This document shows, piece after piece, positions 59,292 to 64,000 of a stretch of DNA of 64,000 nucleotides (its first letter is position 1; every line of letters begins with the position of its first letter). The DNA comes from Nitrospirota bacterium (lineage in GTDB: Bacteria; Nitrospirota; Nitrospiria; 2-01-FULL-66-17): positions 15,246 through 79,245 of the forward strand of contig JBFLXB010000012.1 of NCBI GenBank assembly GCA_040757335.1. The letters are read 5' to 3'. The notes below the pieces were generated by a model that saw only the letters and a program-made list of their open reading frames with translations, did not search any database and was not told where the DNA came from. A program made the translations under genes and the position numbers.

Positions 59292-59306
59292 CGACTAATT
59301 TAGTCG
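59292..59306. promoter_or_regulatory. IscR type-1 binding site (CGACTAATTTAGTCG) with an adjacent -10-like TATATT.
   Basis: Matches the core of the IscR type-1 consensus (yyGACTRwwwYAGTCrr), 55 nt upstream of iscR. TATATT lies at 59281..59286. Confidence 0.6.
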
Positions 59307-59360
59307 CAGATTGAATAGGTCGGGGATGAAACCAGTCGTATTCAATAAAGGGGACGCGGC

Positions 59361-59825
59361 GTGTTAAAGCTCTCGAAGCGAATCGACTACGGTTTGCTGG
59401 CCATGAATCACATCGCGCTGAGCCACGACCATTCGGCCGTGAACACCAAGCGGATTGCCGATGAGTATCACATTCCGGTCGAGCTGCTGGCCAAGGTCCT
59501 CCAGCGGCTGGCTAAAAAGGGGCTCATCGTGTCGCAGAACGGTCCAAAGGGCGGGTACGCGCTGGCGCGATCCGCTACCGACATCACGGTGTCCGAAATC
59601 ATCGAGGCGATCGAGGGTCCGATCATGCTCACGACGTGTTCGTTTTCCGGGAAAGGGGAGAGCGTCTGTGACCAGTGGTCGTGGTGCAATCTTCGGTCGC
59701 CCTTGCACAAGATTCAAGACGGCGTCCGCAAACTGCTGCAAGGAATGACATTGGCCGAGATGTCGCAAATCAGTCGGCAAGAGGAGAGTTCGCATGGCCT
59801 TGAAATTGCCCATTTATCTCGATAA
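59361..59825 (+). CDS. iscR: Rrf2-family Fe-S cluster regulator IscR.
   Basis: [19 protein letters not shown]... wHTH. Three conserved Cys (C-x5/6-C... C) are in the C-terminal half ([19 protein letters not shown]). Confidence 0.85.
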   Translation: MLKLSKRIDYGLLAMNHIALSHDHSAVNTKRIADEYHIPVELLAKVLQRLAKKGLIVSQNGPKGGYALARSATDITVSEIIEAIEGPIMLTTCSFSGKGESVCDQWSWCNLRSPLHKIQDGVRKLLQGMTLAEMSQISRQEESSHGLEIAHLSR

Positions 59826-61014
59826 CCACGCCACGACGCCGGTTGATCCGCGCGTCCTCCAGGCAATGCTGCCGTATTTCACCGAGAAATTCGGCAACGC
59901 GGCGAGCCGCAACCACGCGTTTGGTTGGGAAGCCGAAGCCGGGGTGGAAGCCGCGCGCGCTCACATCGCCGACCTGATCCACGCGGACCCCAAGGAGATC
60001 GTCTTCACGAGCGGAGCGACCGAATCGGACAACCTGGCGCTCAAGGGCGTGGCTGGCATGTACCGCGAAAAGGGTGACCATGTCATCACGGTGGTCACCG
60101 AACACCGCGCCGTGCTGGACACCGCCAAACGCCTGGAGAAGGAGGGGTTCAAGGTCACGTACCTCTCGGTGCCGTCGAACGGCATCGTGAATCCGGACGA
60201 CGTGAGGAACGCGATCACCGATCGCACGATCCTGATTTCGGTCATGATGGCGAACAACGAGATCGGGACGATCAACCCGGTCGCCGAGATCGGCAAGATC
60301 GCCAAGGAGCGCGGGGTGGTATTTCATTGCGACGCCACGCAGGGAGTCGGCAAGATTCCGGTGGACGTGCAGGCGATGGGAATCGACCTGATGTCCTTCT
60401 CCGCGCACAAACTCTACGGCCCCAAGGGCGTGGGCGCGCTCTACGTACGTCGGCGCAACCCGCGGGTCCGGCTGGCCGCTCAGATGGACGGCGGCGGACA
60501 CGAACGCGGCATGCGGTCGGGCACGCTGCCGGTGCCGTTGATCGTCGGGTTCGGCGAGGCCTGCCGAATCGCCGGCGAGGTGATGCCCGAGGAATCCGCG
60601 CGGCTGACCGCGATGCGCGACCGCCTGCACGCCGGGATCCTGAAAGGGTTGGACGAGGTCTATCTCAACGGCCATCCCACGCAGCGGTTGCCGCACAACC
60701 TGAACATCAGTTTTGCCTACGTCGAGGGCGAGGCCATGCTGATGGGGCTGAAGGACATCGCGCTGTCGTCCGGTTCCGCCTGTACGTCGGCGACGTTGGA
60801 ACCCTCGTACGTGTTGCGGTCGTTGGGCGTGGGCTCTGACCTGGCGCACTCGTCGATTCGGTTCGGGTTGGGGCGGTTCAACACCGATGAGGAGATCGAT
60901 TTCGTGATCGAACGCGTCATCCAGGCGGTGACCAAGCTGCGCGAGATGTCCCCGCTGTACGAGATGGCGAAAGAGGGGGTTGATCTGAAGGCGGTCAACT
61001 GGTCGGCCCATTAA
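59794..61014 (+). CDS. iscS: Cysteine desulfurase.
   Basis: [28 protein letters not shown]..., the [13 protein letters not shown]-lysine motif, and the SSGSACTS active-site Cys loop. Confidence 0.95.
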   Translation: MALKLPIYLDNHATTPVDPRVLQAMLPYFTEKFGNAASRNHAFGWEAEAGVEAARAHIADLIHADPKEIVFTSGATESDNLALKGVAGMYREKGDHVITVVTEHRAVLDTAKRLEKEGFKVTYLSVPSNGIVNPDDVRNAITDRTILISVMMANNEIGTINPVAEIGKIAKERGVVFHCDATQGVGKIPVDVQAMGIDLMSFSAHKLYGPKGVGALYVRRRNPRVRLAAQMDGGGHERGMRSGTLPVPLIVGFGEACRIAGEVMPEESARLTAMRDRLHAGILKGLDEVYLNGHPTQRLPHNLNISFAYVEGEAMLMGLKDIALSSGSACTSATLEPSYVLRSLGVGSDLAHSSIRFGLGRFNTDEEIDFVIERVIQAVTKLREMSPLYEMAKEGVDLKAVNWSAH

Positions 61015-61042
61015 CACGTAGCGGCGTTCGGAGGGGATAGTC

Positions 61043-61453
61043 ATGGCTTACAGCGATAAGGTCGTTGATCACTACAACAACCCGCGCAACGTGGGGAGCT
61101 TGGATAAGAACGATCCCAACGTGGGCACCGGGGTCGTGGGCGCGCCGGAGTGCGGCGACGTCATGAAGCTGCAGATCAAACTCAACGAACAGGGCGTGAT
61201 CCAAGACGCCAAGTTCAAGACGTTCGGGTGCGGCAGCGCCATCGCCAGCTCCAGTCTGGCGACGGAATGGCTCAAGGGCAAAACGATCGACGAAGCGGCG
61301 CAGATCAAGAACACCGACATCGTGCAGGAGCTGGCGCTGCCTCCGGTGAAGATCCACTGCTCGGTACTGGCCGAAGACGCGATCAAGGCGGCCTTGGCGG
61401 ACGTGAAGAAGAAACAAGAGAGCCAGGCGGCTCAGCCTACTTCGGCCTCGTAA
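61043..61453 (+). CDS. iscU: Fe-S cluster assembly scaffold.
   Basis: HYNNPRNVGSLDKNDPNVGTGVVGAPECGDVMKLQI...FGCGSAIASSS... has the three conserved Cys and the LPPVK motif. Confidence 0.95.
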   Translation: MAYSDKVVDHYNNPRNVGSLDKNDPNVGTGVVGAPECGDVMKLQIKLNEQGVIQDAKFKTFGCGSAIASSSLATEWLKGKTIDEAAQIKNTDIVQELALPPVKIHCSVLAEDAIKAALADVKKKQESQAAQPTSAS

Positions 61454-61463
61454 CGCGGCTGCG

Positions 61464-61516
61464 CGGAACCTGTCCACTCTCATAGAAGGGCGGAACCTGT
61501 CCACTCTCATAGAAGG
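61464..61516. repeat. Perfect 26/27-bp tandem duplication (GGAACCTGTCCACTCTCATAGAAGG x2) in the iscU-iscA spacer.
   Basis: Two adjacent copies. The second supplies the AAGGAAGGAG RBS of iscA. Confidence 0.8.
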
Positions 61517-61526
61517 AAGGAGACTC

Positions 61527-61898
61527 ATGGAATTTTCACTGGATATGGTTGATGAACCCAAAGCCGAAGGAACGTCGCTCAAAGTCACCCCCGCGGCGGC
61601 TACGGAAGCCAAACGATTGATCGAGCTCCAGGGCACGCCCGACATGGTGGTGCGCGTCGCGGTCCAGGGAGGCGGGTGTTCGGGCTTCACGTACCGTATG
61701 AACTTCGACACCAAGGTCTCGGAGTTCGACGAGGTCATTCCGGTCGAAGGGGTGAAGTTCGTGGTGGACGCGAAGAGCGCCTTGTTCCTGAAGGGCACCA
61801 CGCTGGATTACGTCAACGCGTTGATGGGCGGCGGGTTCAAGTTCATCAATCCCAATGCGACGGGAACGTGCGGCTGCGGCGAATCGTTCTCCGCGTGA
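61527..61898 (+). CDS. iscA: A-type Fe-S carrier.
   Basis: GGGCSGFTY...NPNATGTCGCGESFS has the three conserved Cys of the HesB/IscA family. Confidence 0.9.
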   Translation: MEFSLDMVDEPKAEGTSLKVTPAAATEAKRLIELQGTPDMVVRVAVQGGGCSGFTYRMNFDTKVSEFDEVIPVEGVKFVVDAKSALFLKGTTLDYVNALMGGGFKFINPNATGTCGCGESFSA

Positions 61899-61942
61899 CC
61901 ATGGGCGCGCGGTGCGCTTGATCGGACCGACGGAGGGGGAGC

Positions 61943-62551
61943 ATGACGGAGTCGGCGGTCACGAAGGCGCCCGGTGCGCATCCGGACTTTTTCACGGTGA
62001 TGGGGTTACGGCGCCGCCTCGATGTGGATCTGCAGGCGCTTGAAGCCACGTATCACCGCCTAAGTCGCGAAGTTCATCCCGATTTCCATCATCACAAGCC
62101 GATCGAAGAACGCGAGCGACTGCTAGCAGAGTCGGCGCTCGTGAACAGGGCATACCGCACGCTGCGGGATTTTCACGAGCGCGTGGCCTACCTGATCGAG
62201 CTGGAAGGCGGGGAAGCACTCAAGCCCAAAGCTCCGCCCGAGTTGTTGGCGGACGTGATGGACACGCAGGAATTGCTGGAGGAGCGCAGGGCCGCGGGGC
62301 GCATCGCCGCAGGCCATCCGCTCGCGGCTCGCGTAAACCAGGAGGCCGACCGCTTTCGCCAGCGGTTGGAGCGACTGGAAGCGGACCTTCGGGCTCGCGC
62401 CGCGGAGTGGGACAACGTCGCGTCGTCCAACGGGGCGGGAGCCGACGACAGGCGGCGGGTGGTGAGCGCGCTGCAAGACCTTCTGGCGCAGCGGGTGTAT
62501 CTGGTCAATTTGTTGCGCGATATCGAGTCGGCTCAAGCCGTAGGAGCGTAA
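61943..62551 (+). CDS. hscB: Co-chaperone HscB (J-domain).
   Basis: N-terminal J-domain with HPD ([12 protein letters not shown]) and a C-terminal helical bundle. Confidence 0.8.
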   Translation: MTESAVTKAPGAHPDFFTVMGLRRRLDVDLQALEATYHRLSREVHPDFHHHKPIEERERLLAESALVNRAYRTLRDFHERVAYLIELEGGEALKPKAPPELLADVMDTQELLEERRAAGRIAAGHPLAARVNQEADRFRQRLERLEADLRARAAEWDNVASSNGAGADDRRRVVSALQDLLAQRVYLVNLLRDIESAQAVGA

Positions 62552-64000
62552 TGGCACGGATCGTCGGGATCGACCTCGGAACCACCAACAGCCTGGTGGC
62601 GTACATGGACCACGGCCGGCCCCGCATTATCGCGGACGGGTCGGACGCGCGTCTGGTGCCGTCGGTGGTGTCGATCTATGGCGACGGGCGGGTGGAGGTC
62701 GGCGTGGCGGCGAAGCGGCGACTTCTCACGCGGCCGCAGGAGACGATTTATTCGATCAAACGGTTCATGGGCAAAGGGTGGAACGACGTGCGCGATGAAA
62801 CCGCGTCGTTCCCGTATCGCATTTCGTCGGAGCACAAAGACGTGGTGCACGTCCTCGCGGGCGGGCGCGCGTGGACACCACCCGAGATTTCGGCGTTCAT
62901 CCTGAAAGATCTCAAGGCTCGCGCCGACGCGTTTCTCGGCGAGCCCGTGACGCAAGCGGTGATCACGGTGCCGGCCTATTTCAACGATACCCAACGCCAG
63001 GCCACGAAGGACGCGGGCCGGCTCGCGGGCTTGGACGTGCTTCGGATCGTCAACGAACCGACCGCGGCGTCGCTCGCCTACGGACTGCAGCAGCGCAAGC
63101 AGGGCTTGATCGCGGTGTACGACCTGGGCGGGGGGACCTTCGACGTCTCGATCCTCAAGCTCAAAGAGGGGATCTTCGAGGTGCTGGCCACGAACGGGAA
63201 TACCCACCTCGGCGGCGATGATTTCGACCAGCGGCTCGCGGGGATCTTGGCCGACGACATCAAGCGCCGTCACGGGATCGAAATCACCGGCTCCCCCGAT
63301 TTGATCCAGGAGGTTCGCGTCGCCGCCGAAGCCGCCAAGTGCCGGTTGTCCGAACTGGATCGAACCGTGGTGGAGATGCCGCTGCCCGGCGGAATCTGTT
63401 ACAGCCTGGAAATCACCCGGGAGGCATTCGAGGCGGCGGTGGGCGATCTCGTCGAATCCACGCTCGGTCCCTGCCGCAACGCACTGGCCGACGCCAAGCT
63501 GGCGCCGAGTCAAATCGACGAGGTGGTCTTGGTCGGAGGGTCGACCCGCGTCCCGCTCGTGCGCCGACGCGTACAGGATTTTTTCAATAAGGTCCCCCAC
63601 TCCGAGTTGAATCCGGACGAGGTCGTGGCGCTCGGCGCCGCGGTGCAGGCCGACATTCTGGCCGGCGGTATCCGCGACATGCTCTTGCTGGACGTCACGC
63701 CCCTGTCGCTCGGCATCGAGACCATGGGCGGCATTATGAGCGTGGTGATCCCGCGCAATACCACCATTCCCACGAGCGCCAAGGAGACGTTTACTACCTC
63801 GGTCGAGGGTCAGCGCGCGGTGGCGATCCACGTCCTGCAGGGTGAGCGCGAGTTGGTCAAGGACAACCGGAGTCTTGCGCGCTTCGACCTTCGCGGCATC
63901 GATCCCATGCCCGCCGGACTCCCGCGGGTCGAGGTGACGTTCCTGATCGACGCCAACGGGATTCTCCAGGTCAGCGCGACCGAGCAGCGAAGCGGCCGGT
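62552..64000 (+). CDS. hscA: Hsp70-family Fe-S chaperone HscA. Partial: the 3' end runs off the window.
   Basis: [17 protein letters not shown]..., the [12 protein letters not shown] motif, and the NEPTAA region. The frame is open to the window end. Confidence 0.9.

Overview
High-GC (about 65%) chromosomal window from a Gram-negative-type bacterium, inferred from the Kdo/LPS kinase, ArnT/ArnC-like and Wzm/Wzt genes. I found no rRNA, tRNA, CRISPR array, transposase or integrase.

Housekeeping modules: redoxin genes; an OmpR-family two-component system; a lipoate ligase family gene, thiD and ribE; rhlE; a ubiC-ubiA-ubiD prenylated-aromatic module; purH, purD and purE; and a complete iscR-iscS-iscU-iscA-hscB-hscA operon with an IscR type-1 box.

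Accessory content:
(i) Two tandem FGE-sulfatase-family genes, one fused to a diheme cytochrome c.
(ii) A YfiR-like periplasmic protein followed by a Cache-HAMP-PAS-GGDEF-EAL sensor, preceded by a start-less outer-membrane beta-barrel remnant.
(iii) Three large secreted proteins in a row: a DUF11-repeat protein, a tail-fiber-like protein with a phage Peptidase_S74 chaperone domain, and an S8 subtilase with CARDB domains. Two of them share a distinctive C-terminal tail of about 45 aa.
(iv) A roughly 22-kb ABC-transporter-dependent glycan locus: a low-GC acyltransferase between two copies of a 110-bp repeat carrying a 19-bp palindrome, a Rex-like regulator, wzm, wzt with a C-terminal glycan-binding domain, a WbdD-like methyltransferase-kinase chain terminator, a roughly 1400-aa GT4-GT2-GT4-methyltransferase fusion whose last domain is low-GC, three further methyltransferase domains, gmd-rmd, a UDP-xylose synthase, several GT4/GT2 genes, and an embedded vapBC pair.
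(v) A LonN / Cys-less secreted SOR-like / Bcp operon.
(vi) A PAP2 / ArnT-like / ArnC-like / flippase-like lipid-glycosylation cluster.

Two structured repeat families are present. One is a 112-137 bp MITE-like element with terminal inverted repeats, four copies within 5 kb. The other is a C6/G6 hairpin element, three copies, two of which form a composite inverted repeat that appears to have removed the start codon of a GT4 gene.
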